Shown here piece after piece: positions 34,606 through 43,297 of a stretch of DNA of 45,566 nucleotides. The notes under the pieces are model-generated. The model was not told the origin of the DNA, ran no database searches, and saw only the letters and a program-made list of their open reading frames with translations. Positions within the stretch are counted from its first letter, which is position 1; the number at the start of each line of letters is the position of its first letter. Source of the DNA: a virus (Duplodnaviria > Caudoviricetes); the IMG/VR virus record IMGVR_UViG_3300033406_000373, positions 1-45,566 of that record; one strand, written 5' to 3'. A program made the translations under genes and the position numbers.

Positions 34606-37173
34606 TTATGCCACCATCATCTCTGTTGATGGTATTTCCTCAGTAGCCGGCCGGAACTCAATGCGTTCGCCGAATGCTTCTTGCACGGCCTTAACATGAG
34701 AGATAACCAGCACCATACCAAATCGATTAGCCACGTTTTGTACTGCCTCAATAACCATGGGTAAGAAGTCATCCGACTGGCTGCCGAAACCTTCGTCTAT
34801 CGTCAGCCAATCCACCCGGGCGCCGGCGCGTCTGGCCAACATCTCAGCCAGGGCGAACCTGATTGCAAAATCAATGCGCAGTTGCTCGCCTCCGGAGTAG
34901 GTTTCATAGATTCGTTCACCGGCCCAATCGCCGACAATAATATCCAAAGTCTCGGCCATGCCGCTGCGGCTCTTGAGCTCTTTCTGGGTCTCAAACCTAA
35001 GATAATTCTTTCCTCCAGACATTTGTCCAAGGATATCATTTGCGATGCGTTCTAGTTCCGGTACCGCATTTTCGAGTATCAGCGCTTGAATACCATCCCG
35101 ACCAAAAGCTTTAGTCAATGTCTGCCACCTAGCCATTTTTTTAGCTAATGGAGCAAGCTCTACAAGTAACACCTCATACTGCACAGCATCTTCGGCTAGT
35201 GCGTCCAGCTTTGCCTGAATACCGCCCAATTTTGCCGTTAGACTAGTTTGTTCGGTGCGGTAGGTGTCAACCTTCATCCTCATGTCGTTTACCTTGTTCT
35301 GGGCCTGCTGGTGCAGTGTAGCGACATCTCCTAAAAGTGTGGTGTACTCTTGTTCGAGTGTAGTAATCTGACCAATTAGCGTACCCAGCTCCGTAGCCAA
35401 TTTCCCAATATTATTTGTTGCACTTTTGAACGCTTCTTTAGCTGCCGGCAGTTGTTCTTTCATGGCTACCAGTGGCCGCAGCTCCGCTATACGTTTTTCT
35501 TTTTCCGGAAGGTCTTTTAGGCCATCAGACAATACACGGTACTGATTGCGCATACTCTCAAGGCGAGTTTGACTGTCTGTTTGCCGATTGGTTAATTCTG
35601 TTTGTTGTGTCTCAAGATTAGTAAGTAATTGAGCCATACCATCAAGCTTACCGGCTGCTTCGGCATCCGGTCGAAGTTTGGCAGCCTTTTGCTGTAAAGC
35701 AGCGTGTGAGTTTGAATTATATCCAACACCGTCAATAAGTGTACGGATGTTAGATACCCGGGATTTCATCTGCTCAGCCGTTGCAACTTCTTGTTGATAC
35801 CAAGTATCCAGTTCAGTTTGAAGTCGTTGCGCTTTGCTTTTTGCCTCTTTGGCATCTGTCAAGAACATGCAATTGGCACGTTCAATGTCGATACACTTGG
35901 CATCCTTAAGCATGGCTGCTCTGGCCACCAAAGCATTAATTTCTTTTTGCCGACTTGCCATTTCTGTCTCGCGCCGGATTTCAGCAGTAGTTAAGTCAGT
36001 TTCTGCTTTTTGCAGTTGCACTTGCAACTCATCATGATCTTTGCGGTTTTTCTCTGCTTCCTCGAGTAATATAAGTGTGGATTCATATTCCTTTCGGTTA
36101 GCAAGTAAGGAATCTCGTTCAGCAAGAGTATTACGAAGCTCAGCAATCTCATTGCTAACTTTTTCAAGAGAGGAATTTAGCTGGGTAAGTTCATTTTTCA
36201 GCCGGCTTGCTTCAACAAAAATACTATTCTGCTGGTCCTTCTTTACCTTTAGGGCTGTAATTTCGTCTCTTAATCCTTCAAATTCATCTACAGCCGCCAA
36301 GATGGCGGATTCCTGGTTTAAGATGAGTTGTGCATCATCCCGGCGCTCTTGCTGCTGTTCTCGCTCCGTTTTCTTAGCAGTAAGCTCTTGCCGCAAGGTA
36401 GAAACCCGCTGGCCAAGCTCATCAGCTTGATTGATTCGCGCTTGCAAGCCTGCGAGTTCTACTTGTGCTTCCTGCAGTGCCTCCTCACTCTTACGGATAT
36501 TGTTGTTTAACGTGAGCTGCTGCGCCTCGGCCACCAATTTGTCTCCTTCGAGAGAATCACGACCTGCCAGACGTTCGTTAATAACTGACATTTGCACTTT
36601 GATGCGTTCAAGGGCAATATTTGTTTCTGAGGCTTTAGCGCGCGCCTTTTCCTGCAAGGTTTCGTACTGATCAAGCTGGAGAATCTGAGCTAGAATAGCT
36701 TTCCGTTGGCCAGCCGGCCGCTTTGTGAAGTTACCGGCATCGCCCTGGAGAATCATACTCGAGGCAGCAAAAGTATCAGCGTCAAGGTTAAGCAGATCAA
36801 TAATCTTTTTCTGAGTTTCCGCGATCGATGCACCACTCTCACTGGCCCAAATATCTCCGGATAAACGCTGCAGTTCTAGGGTAGATTTACCGCGCCCCTT
36901 GGTAGAACGTGAACGGATCACCCGCCATACATCACCCTGGTGACTAAAGTCGTAAATAACCTCTGACTCCGTTGAACCGCATCGCACCATATCATCAGCA
37001 CTGGTGCCGGCCTTCGTGGTTCCAAACAAAGCAAACATAGGGGCAACAGTGAAAGCAGTTGATTTTCCGGCGCCATTAGGGCCACAGATGGCCGCCAGGG
37101 TAACGTTACTCAAATCAATAATCGTGTGGGCAATCGCCCCGAAGTTAGTAATCTCAATTCGTATAGGCTTCAT
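34606..37173 (-). CDS. sbcC: SbcC/Rad50-like SMC ATPase
   Basis: Walker A GPNGAGKS, Q-loop ILQG, long coiled coil, signature YSGGE, Walker B IDEGFG, H-loop ISH. Confidence 0.93.
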   Translation of the reverse strand: MKPIRIEITNFGAIAHTIIDLSNVTLAAICGPNGAGKSTAFTVAPMFALFGTTKAGTSADDMVRCGSTESEVIYDFSHQGDVWRVIRSRSTKGRGKSTLELQRLSGDIWASESGASIAETQKKIIDLLNLDADTFAASSMILQGDAGNFTKRPAGQRKAILAQILQLDQYETLQEKARAKASETNIALERIKVQMSVINERLAGRDSLEGDKLVAEAQQLTLNNNIRKSEEALQEAQVELAGLQARINQADELGQRVSTLRQELTAKKTEREQQQERRDDAQLILNQESAILAAVDEFEGLRDEITALKVKKDQQNSIFVEASRLKNELTQLNSSLEKVSNEIAELRNTLAERDSLLANRKEYESTLILLEEAEKNRKDHDELQVQLQKAETDLTTAEIRRETEMASRQKEINALVARAAMLKDAKCIDIERANCMFLTDAKEAKSKAQRLQTELDTWYQQEVATAEQMKSRVSNIRTLIDGVGYNSNSHAALQQKAAKLRPDAEAAGKLDGMAQLLTNLETQQTELTNRQTDSQTRLESMRNQYRVLSDGLKDLPEKEKRIAELRPLVAMKEQLPAAKEAFKSATNNIGKLATELGTLIGQITTLEQEYTTLLGDVATLHQQAQNKVNDMRMKVDTYRTEQTSLTAKLGGIQAKLDALAEDAVQYEVLLVELAPLAKKMARWQTLTKAFGRDGIQALILENAVPELERIANDILGQMSGGKNYLRFETQKELKSRSGMAETLDIIVGDWAGERIYETYSGGEQLRIDFAIRFALAEMLARRAGARVDWLTIDEGFGSQSDDFLPMVIEAVQNVANRFGMVLVISHVKAVQEAFGERIEFRPATEEIPSTEMMVA

Positions 37174-38353
37174 TACCTTGCACCTCCATCAATTCCGCAG
37201 TCATAGCCACCAACTCATTGGCTTCCGTTTCCTCCATGTCATTGGCAGCTGCCCAGCGTCGAACAGCCTCCATCGGGCCGATTGCTTCCGTCAGGCCCTC
37301 ATCACGCAGTCGATCGGACGCTCGTTCAATATCTCCCTTGATTTCAGCTACAAAAAAAGCACCGGCATCATAAAGAGCCTTTTCCATTGCTCTCCTGTTC
37401 AGTGCCTTGTTCAGTTCTTCCCCGCATGTGTAACGGACTCGGACAATAGCGTTAGCAAAATCACCCCAAACGTCCTCAAAATCGAGATTTCCGTTCACGA
37501 AATCGGCAATTCCGTTATCATTAAGCGTTAATGTAATAAACCGGCGCGCCGGCGTATGCACATACTTAGAAGTGAACTTCCCTTCGCTTAATTCGTGGAT
37601 CCAAAAGCCGGCATCCACTTTTTCATCATTAAAGCTTAACCGCTCCGGTGATCCGGGATAGAATACACGGCAATTCTGCTGCGGACGGTGAATATGTCCC
37701 AGGGCGACCAGGTCAAAGCCCCGAATAGCATCGGTTGTTAAAATGGCTTCATTCTGCTGCAGCACATCTTCAAAACCTGTATCGGCCAAATCGTATGTCA
37801 TGTGGCTAACCAATATGCTCGGCGTGTAATTGCACTCCGCTAATAGGTTCTGGCATGTTGCCGTGATATGCTCCGTCATGAGCTTGTGGACCTCATGTGC
37901 CGGCAGGCCTTTGTACTCATCCCTAGTCATAAAGTTTGACCGGTCCATACCCGGCACTAGCACCACAGAAAAACCTTCATCAAAACAATGTACGTCAATC
38001 GAGGCCGGCTGTGTGATAATACTGACTCTCGGCATCTGATAATCTTTAAGGAGTTCGTAGGCACTGGCTGGGTCATGGCTGGGCGTACCGGAGATTATCA
38101 GCACCTCGATTCCGGCACCAGTCAACTTCCGCAGCCAGGCAGCCGCAGCGCGAATCTCGCGGCTGGCCTTGTCTAGTGAGACGTCAGCTTTACGGAACAT
38201 ATCGCCGGCCACGATCACCATTTCGCACCCTTCCGCAATGATGCGCTCGGTCGTCCAATCCATCACTCGGCAAATATCATCAAATCGAGACTGCGGCGTG
38301 GGGCCGGCATAACCAAAACCCCAATGAATATCAGCTATGTGTGCTAATTTCAT
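37154..38353 (-). CDS. sbcD: SbcD/Mre11-like metallophosphoesterase nuclease
   Basis: HIADIH, VAGD.F, GTPSHD, SH, ALGHIH..Q, YPGSPERL.F. Confidence 0.93.
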   Translation of the reverse strand: MKLAHIADIHWGFGYAGPTPQSRFDDICRVMDWTTERIIAEGCEMVIVAGDMFRKADVSLDKASREIRAAAAWLRKLTGAGIEVLIISGTPSHDPASAYELLKDYQMPRVSIITQPASIDVHCFDEGFSVVLVPGMDRSNFMTRDEYKGLPAHEVHKLMTEHITATCQNLLAECNYTPSILVSHMTYDLADTGFEDVLQQNEAILTTDAIRGFDLVALGHIHRPQQNCRVFYPGSPERLSFNDEKVDAGFWIHELSEGKFTSKYVHTPARRFITLTLNDNGIADFVNGNLDFEDVWGDFANAIVRVRYTCGEELNKALNRRAMEKALYDAGAFFVAEIKGDIERASDRLRDEGLTEAIGPMEAVRRWAAANDMEETEANELVAMTAELMEVQGNEAYTN

Positions 38354-39318
38354 GCCGGCTCACCAACCCCCACCGAAGCCTGTAAAACTAAGTCCTGCAG
38401 GCCCTCTTCATCGGTTTTATTGATGAAATCAATGACCGCACTAGCTTCAGCTGTGCTTAATTCATTAATGGGCTTCTTTTTCACATAGCGGACAATATCC
38501 TTAACACCGGCCTCATCGATGCCTCTGCGCTTTGCATCACCAAATATCTTAGCCATTTGCTTTTCGGTAATTTTTCCACCGTTATTAGCTGGTGGAGTGA
38601 AGCCGGAATGTTCATCGCTAGCCTGTGGAGTACTACGCCTTTTCTCAAACTTTTCTTTTTCTTCGATTTCCCCCTCAATCCAAGCATCCATTTCATCCTC
38701 AGATTGAGTAAAGATACCGCTGGTACCTGTGGCTGCTAAAGTCGCATCCACCAGAGCTCGCTTCTTAGCCATTTTGAGCACCGTGTTCCATTGATCAATT
38801 AGATCCGGATTTTCTAAGCGATACCGCTTATACTCTTTGCCATTTTTCTTGCTTTCAAAGGTCTTGCTTACTAAAGTGGTTTTATCAATGTTGGCCGGTA
38901 CATCACTTTCAAATGCCCAGCGGTATCGGTATTTGCTTTCATAACTGCACGCTTCGCCAACACCTTCGGAGACCACAATTCCTGTACCACGATGAACAAT
39001 TTGTATGACCAATTCCGCATGATAGTAGCCAGTTTTCAAATCACGGACCTCTTTTTTCTCTTTGACGACTGAAGCGAAGTTATACAATGCAAGCAGTTTT
39101 TCAGCACCAGGCTTTAGTAGACTTGGCTTCTCCGTTCCCGGAATAATGCCGTAATCTTCGTCCTTTCGCATCACTCGTTTAAAAAACTTTTGCACTAATT
39201 CAAGTTTAGTTTCCATATCAGCTAACCGGGCAGCCATTTCACCGGCGCCCATACTATTCATATCCACCAGGGCACCTTCATTGGTACCCTGACTATGTAC
39301 AACTGCAACTTCTGACAT
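38350..39318 (-). CDS. Putative single-strand annealing protein (Rad52/Sak/ERF-like)
   Basis: DYGIIPG..KPSLLKPGAEKL, NTVLKMAKKRALVDA....SGIFTQ, C-terminal ITEKQ...LSTAEAS..ID; adjacent to the nuclease. Confidence 0.6.
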   Translation of the reverse strand: MSEVAVVHSQGTNEGALVDMNSMGAGEMAARLADMETKLELVQKFFKRVMRKDEDYGIIPGTEKPSLLKPGAEKLLALYNFASVVKEKKEVRDLKTGYYHAELVIQIVHRGTGIVVSEGVGEACSYESKYRYRWAFESDVPANIDKTTLVSKTFESKKNGKEYKRYRLENPDLIDQWNTVLKMAKKRALVDATLAATGTSGIFTQSEDEMDAWIEGEIEEKEKFEKRRSTPQASDEHSGFTPPANNGGKITEKQMAKIFGDAKRRGIDEAGVKDIVRYVKKKPINELSTAEASAVIDFINKTDEEGLQDLVLQASVGVGEPA

Positions 39319-39510
39319 TTAAGCCGCCTCCATATTTTTATTTAGAATCAATGCCCCATCAGCAATCAAATCCGCAAACTCAGCCATATCTATAGCAAGT
39401 TCCAATCTGCTATGCTCATTACGAATTATCACGGTAATATTACTACCACTGCGGGTTATAGACTGCTCAAAGTCTTTGCATTCTGTAAAATCAAGCTCAA
39501 TGTTAGCCAT
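39319..39510 (-). CDS. Hypothetical phage protein
   Basis: GAGG RBS; abuts the next gene. Confidence 0.65.
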   Translation of the reverse strand: MANIELDFTECKDFEQSITRSGSNITVIIRNEHSRLELAIDMAEFADLIADGALILNKNMEAA

Positions 39511-39659
39511 AACTCTCGCCTCTTTTCATCAATTACTAATGTACTCCACTTATTACCGCATTTAGGACACTCATAGACTCGAATACGTTTTGATTCACGA
39601 TACGCCTTACCCGGTGTTTTACAGCTTGGGCATTCCGTAACCATTCTGACATTACTCAT
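39456..39659 (-). CDS. Zinc-ribbon protein
   Basis: CPSC...YECPKCGNKW; ATGA coupling to the upstream stop. Confidence 0.65.
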   Translation of the reverse strand: MSNVRMVTECPSCKTPGKAYRESKRIRVYECPKCGNKWSTLVIDEKRRELWLTLSLILQNAKTLSSL

Positions 39660-39982
39660 AAAGACACCGTCCTTCTCATAGCAACAGCGTTCGCTCCTTT
39701 GGCAAGTCCTGCAAAATAAACGTTTCCGGTTTTAACTGCCCACAATTTGTAGCCGTCAATCATTTCAAAGATAATTTGCAGAGGTACTTTGCTCCAGTCA
39801 AAGATTAGTGCATCTTGATAGCCTTGTTTATACGCCTCTGGAATTATAATCCTTTTGGATTTGACTCTCATTGCACCATTGTTGTATAATTTAGTATAAG
39901 TTTTCCTTCCGCTCTCTAATGGGCGGCTTTTTTTTGTGTCTAATTTAACCTCACTAGCTAGATTTCTTAGTATCGTTAACAC
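39656..39982 (-). CDS. Hypothetical phage protein
   Basis: Open frame in the early operon; start uncertain. Confidence 0.55.
   Translation of the reverse strand: MLTILRNLASEVKLDTKKSRPLESGRKTYTKLYNNGAMRVKSKRIIIPEAYKQGYQDALIFDWSKVPLQIIFEMIDGYKLWAVKTGNVYFAGLAKGANAVAMRRTVSL
39861..39936 (+). ncRNA. Candidate short antisense RNA unit (promoter plus terminator)
   Basis: TTGACT-N18-TATAAT, then CCGCTC-TCTAAT-GGGCGG and a T run. Confidence 0.45.
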
Positions 39983-40103
39983 TTACAACACCTGCCTTTA
40001 AGCGCCGGGCATATTCAACAGCTATTTTTAGCCCTTTTTGCTGTGCCTCAAAATCCGGTTCAAATACCCGGGTGACTTTCGCTGAAAATGGTTTTCTTAA
40101 CAT
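39954..40103 (-). CDS. Small 49-aa protein missing from the ORF track
   Basis: AAAGGGAGAGG RBS; MLRKPFSAKVTRVFEPDFEAQQKGLKIAVEYARRLKAG...; fills the gap between genes. Confidence 0.65.
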   Translation of the reverse strand: MLRKPFSAKVTRVFEPDFEAQQKGLKIAVEYARRLKAGVVSVNDTKKSS

Positions 40104-40127
40104 ATGTCCTCTCCCTTTCAATCTTTT

Positions 40128-40604
40128 TTAACTAACCCGTCTGTGTTGGCGCACAGGCGATTTTTCTCTTTCTATCCGTGATAGTTCCTTAGTGAATTGA
40201 ATCTTCAACGCATGTAATGCTCTTTCTACGTGCTCGATCTCAATCATGATCTTTTCCATGTCACAAAGTTCGTTAGTATCGATACGGCCATCACAAGTAA
40301 TTTTCATTAATAAGTGTTGTAATAATTGCAGGTCCATTGTTTCGGCTACTACAGACATGGCCGCACCAGTTAGCCCATTACTAACCATTTTGCAATGCTG
40401 CTTTTTTCCTACCGGACATACGTCGGTACAATACCATTCAAGAATTTCAGGGTTCTTGTACGTTTCAGACAATTTAAGTATCCGCGCGGGCGTTGCTACC
40501 TCTGGATATACCTCGTATTTGGCAATTGCCTTTTTAGGTAATTCTGCTTCCTCTGCAGCCCTTTCTTGGCTCCAATTAAGCTCATTTCGGGCATCTGCTA
40601 GCAT
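40128..40604 (-). CDS. XRE HTH regulator with CII-like C-terminal helical domain
   Basis: AR.....SQERAAE, YE, L...Y..PE....YC..VCPVG, ITCDGRID..E; AAGGAGG RBS. Confidence 0.8.
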   Translation of the reverse strand: MLADARNELNWSQERAAEEAELPKKAIAKYEVYPEVATPARILKLSETYKNPEILEWYCTDVCPVGKKQHCKMVSNGLTGAAMSVVAETMDLQLLQHLLMKITCDGRIDTNELCDMEKIMIEIEHVERALHALKIQFTKELSRIEREKSPVRQHRRVS

Positions 40605-40700
40605 CGACTTCACCTCCTTTCAATGAGATAATAAACTGTAAATCGGGAGTCTCTTAGATCTCTCACCCCACTTGCCTGCCTACCCCGGCGGGCTTTTTTT
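40604..40700 (+). ncRNA. Candidate short antisense RNA unit (promoter plus terminator)
   Basis: TCGACT-N17-GATAAT with extended TG; terminator GCCTGCC-TACCCC-GGCGGGC plus T7. Confidence 0.4.
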
Positions 40701-40806
40701 CTACCATTGACTTGGCGATGCTTAAAACCATGAGAATCTCTCCGGGCTTGAGAGTTCTTCGTAGCGTGTATACGAGTAAATCAGCGACGCTGTAGATTAC
40801 CGACAA
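40663..40806 (-). CDS. Small 47-aa protein missing from the ORF track
   Basis: AAAGGTGGTG RBS, TTG start, MSVIYSVADLLVYTLRRTLKPGEILMVLSIAKSMVEKKPAG... Confidence 0.5.
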   Translation of the reverse strand: MSVIYSVADLLVYTLRRTLKPGEILMVLSIAKSMVEKKPAGVGRQVG

Positions 40807-40842
40807 TTTTATTCACCACCTTTCAAAATTAGTTATAAAAGA

Positions 40843-41043
40843 TTAGTCACTTTCGCCAATAAGTTGATTAATTGATACTCCAAATGCTTCTGCTAGTTTG
40901 ATCGCATCAGATAGTGTCGGCTCCGACTTATTGTTCTCCCAGTCGCTTAGTGTCCTTTGCGGAATTGCGGTTTCAGCCTCAATTAGTTTCTGGGTTTTAC
41001 TTGTCTTGAGTCGAAGATCGCGGATTTTGTTTCCAAAATTCAC
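40843..41043 (-). CDS. XRE-family HTH regulator (second Cro-like)
   Basis: FGNKIRDLR...TQ.......IPQRTLSDWENNKSEP......LA..FGVSINQL. Confidence 0.9.
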   Translation of the reverse strand: MNFGNKIRDLRLKTSKTQKLIEAETAIPQRTLSDWENNKSEPTLSDAIKLAEAFGVSINQLIGESD

Positions 41044-41061
41044 CTATTATCACCTCACAAT

Positions 41062-41089
41062 ACAGGAAATTGCATATTGTTTAGCGAAT
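41062..41089 (+). promoter_or_regulatory. Sigma-H-like promoter of the DUF6173 gene
   Basis: ACAGGAAAT-N12-AGCGAAT, a full match to RNAGGAWWW-N11/12-RNNGAAT. Confidence 0.65.
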
Positions 41090-41143
41090 TTCCACTAATA
41101 AGATTAAAAACGTACGAATGATTATATTAGTAGGGAGAATTTT

Positions 41144-41527
41144 ATGGACGATGATTTAAACAATTTAGAAGAGTACCGCTGCTTCAGCAAAAAGATTCAA
41201 GAAGCTATTCATCGCGAAGATAACCCGGCAGAATACATATATGAACGATTAATAGAGGAAATCCAAGAGTTTGAAGAAGCTCTTGACGCGGATATGCAAG
41301 CGGGATTTAAGTATGTTTCGTTTGGTGAAACTGTATATTTAATCGATGATATAGGATATTGGAACCCTGATATCATCATTTTTTATGGCTCCTCCCACAA
41401 CGGCTCGCCCGTTCAACTCGTGCAACATATAACTCAGCTAAATCTCTTATTGATAGCTGTAAAACGCCCTGACACTTCAAGACCTCGTCGTAAGATTGGT
41501 TTTTCATCTGCTTCTCAAGAAGATTGA
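41144..41527 (+). CDS. DUF6173-like protein (moron)
   Basis: YERL..EI..FE..LD, VSFG, IGY.NPD.I.FYG, QL.QH..QLN.LL, RR.IGF. Confidence 0.8.
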   Translation: MDDDLNNLEEYRCFSKKIQEAIHREDNPAEYIYERLIEEIQEFEEALDADMQAGFKYVSFGETVYLIDDIGYWNPDIIIFYGSSHNGSPVQLVQHITQLNLLLIAVKRPDTSRPRRKIGFSSASQED

Positions 41528-41591
41528 TAATAGTGTCCTGTTTGCGGTTCACTTGTTCCAGCAATTGAGCCACAAGTTGTTCTGAATTCAA
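41376..41591 (-). CDS. Possible small coiled-coil early protein overlapping DUF6173 antisense
   Basis: GAGGGGGTG RBS plus TTG start; helical sequence; 152-nt convergent overlap lowers confidence. Confidence 0.4.
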   Translation of the reverse strand: MNSEQLVAQLLEQVNRKQDTIINLLEKQMKNQSYDEVLKCQGVLQLSIRDLAELYVARVERASRCGRSHKK

Positions 41592-41717
41592 AATCTCACC
41601 CCCTCACCCAGTTTTGGGCAGTTGATCTTGGCTGTCCAGTAGTTCGGTGATACCCACTTTCTTCTCGTCACTGATAGCCAATTCTCTTATCTGATACTTA
41701 GGAAAGGATGATTAGTC

Positions 41718-42197
41718 GTGAAAAAGATCATCTCCATATTTTTACTAGCAATGATATTTTCTTTTGGATTTTCTACTGCTTCTGAGGCCAAATTAAAAAA
41801 GTTTGAAAGTAGTTTAATTGAACCGCAGGAGCAATTTAATGTTTATCTAGAAAGTGATGAAAGCTCTGCCGTTTTAGGCTATCGCTTAGCCTTCTCTAAA
41901 GGAGATAAAAACAATTATTGGGTATTTTCCCCTTCATCTCCACCTCAAATTAATATAGATAGTTATACTTATCAACCAACTAACTATTATCACAAAAGCG
42001 GCCCTTCGCAATATGGCGGATATCATAGTTATGCAGCATTAAACAATCTCTCAATTGACGTATTGCAAAAAATTGTGAATGCAAAACAAATCTCAATTAC
42101 CTTGTTTTTTACTAACCAAGATACTTTGTTTATCAATGTCCCTCAGCAAATTCTAGATGAGTGGAAAACTTTAATTGAATTATCTTGGAAAGGTTGA
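41718..42197 (+). CDS. Exported protein with Sec signal peptide (moron)
   Basis: MKKIISIFLLAMIFSFGFSTASEA; GGAAAGGA RBS. Confidence 0.8.
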   Translation: MKKIISIFLLAMIFSFGFSTASEAKLKKFESSLIEPQEQFNVYLESDESSAVLGYRLAFSKGDKNNYWVFSPSSPPQINIDSYTYQPTNYYHKSGPSQYGGYHSYAALNNLSIDVLQKIVNAKQISITLFFTNQDTLFINVPQQILDEWKTLIELSWKG

Positions 42198-42247
42198 GTA
42201 TCTCACCCCTTTTTCGGTAGCGTGATAACAATTTGAAAGGAATAGTC

Positions 42248-42793
42248 ATGAAAAAAATAATTTGCCTAATGTTATTTGTTATCTCCGTTCTCTCTGTCAA
42301 TCTCGCCTCTGCAACACCTGATGAACAATCGATAACTACATCCTTTCAAGCTTTAGCGAAAAAGCACATAGACGGATATAAAAGCGATCCTAGAATATTA
42401 GTGTATTTCATTCCCGGACACATATCTGGAACAGCCCCAGAAGGTTGGAGAAAATCCAAATGCGTTGTCAATGAAGACTATACCTGTGATATTCAGAAAA
42501 CAGATTCTTTAACGACGCCTTACAAGGCTTATTTAATTTACAAAATGAACGTTCTTGTTAGTCCTCCATTTCCTACAAAGGAACTTGCCGAAAACACTGA
42601 AGTTTTCAATGCGAATGCAACGTTTAAAGCTCATAGAATCACTTTTTCTTTTCAAGATGGTAAATGGATTCCTGAAAAGTATGAATATGAATTTCAAGTT
42701 GAAAGATCGTTAAAACCATTTTGGTTTGAGATCAGGCAAAATCCTACGTACAGTCCTTATCAGCGAGTAGTTGTGAAAGATTTGGACAGCTAA
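42248..42793 (+). CDS. Exported protein with Sec signal peptide (moron)
   Basis: MKKIICLMLFVISVLSVNLASA; GAAAGGA RBS. Confidence 0.8.
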   Translation: MKKIICLMLFVISVLSVNLASATPDEQSITTSFQALAKKHIDGYKSDPRILVYFIPGHISGTAPEGWRKSKCVVNEDYTCDIQKTDSLTTPYKAYLIYKMNVLVSPPFPTKELAENTEVFNANATFKAHRITFSFQDGKWIPEKYEYEFQVERSLKPFWFEIRQNPTYSPYQRVVVKDLDS

Positions 42794-42924
42794 CGCTGCA
42801 CTCCGGCCCGATCCTCAATTTGCCCCGCTGTTCGAGAGTCAAGATTGCGCTCCTCTTTTCAAGTTACCTTAGGTATATTCATTGGTATTTCCTGGAAATA
42901 ATCACTTATATACTCAACCTTCAT

Positions 42925-43146
42925 CTATCCAGCAGATTTTAGTACGATAGCATCGGACTCATTTGGCAAAAAAATATCCGGCGTTCCACCATAAACCTCT
43001 GCCAATTTTACTGCTTCTTCATAGTTAAGCTTAATATTGCCGCGTTCAACCTCCGAAAGCCATTGTTTAGTTTTACCTAGTGGACATGCAGCCTGCTTCA
43101 AAGTTAGTCCAGCATTTTTTCTTACTTCTCTGTATCTAAAAAGCAC
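42925..43146 (-). CDS. Cro-like XRE repressor
   Basis: RKNAGLTLKQAA..LGKTKQWLSEVERG; divergent from cI. Confidence 0.9.
   Translation of the reverse strand: MLFRYREVRKNAGLTLKQAACPLGKTKQWLSEVERGNIKLNYEEAVKLAEVYGGTPDIFLPNESDAIVLKSAG
42941..42959. promoter_or_regulatory. Distal operator copy in the cro 3' end
   Basis: AGTAC-GATAGCATC-GGACT, one mismatch to AGTCC-N9-GGACT. Confidence 0.55.
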
Positions 43147-43163
43147 TTATTTCACCTCTTTTC

Positions 43164-43276
43164 AGTCCGGTTATATTTGACTTTATTTAATTTTAATCCA
43201 CTTTTGTCGGACTGTCAAGTATTAAAGTCAAATTTTTTCGGACTTAATTGTTAGTCCAGTAATAATGGATTATAAT
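43164..43276. promoter_or_regulatory. Lysis/lysogeny switch: four operators and divergent promoters
   Basis: AGTCC-N9-GGACT variants at 43164, 43195, 43226 and 43253; minus TTGACA-N17-TAAAAT (43218-43190); plus TTGTTA-N17-TATAAT (43248-43276). Confidence 0.85.
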
Positions 43277-43297
43277 TACAAGTATGAGGTGGTTATG

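Noticed and set aside
5255-38739. Numerous plus-strand ORFs in the track opposite structural and replication genes
   Set aside because: Antisense shadows of well-supported genes, with no RBS or recognisable motifs
42794-42924. Short minus-strand ORFs and the TATTTCCTGGAAATA palindrome after cro
   Set aside because: ORFs are only about 20-30 codons and the palindrome is single-copy; not enough support
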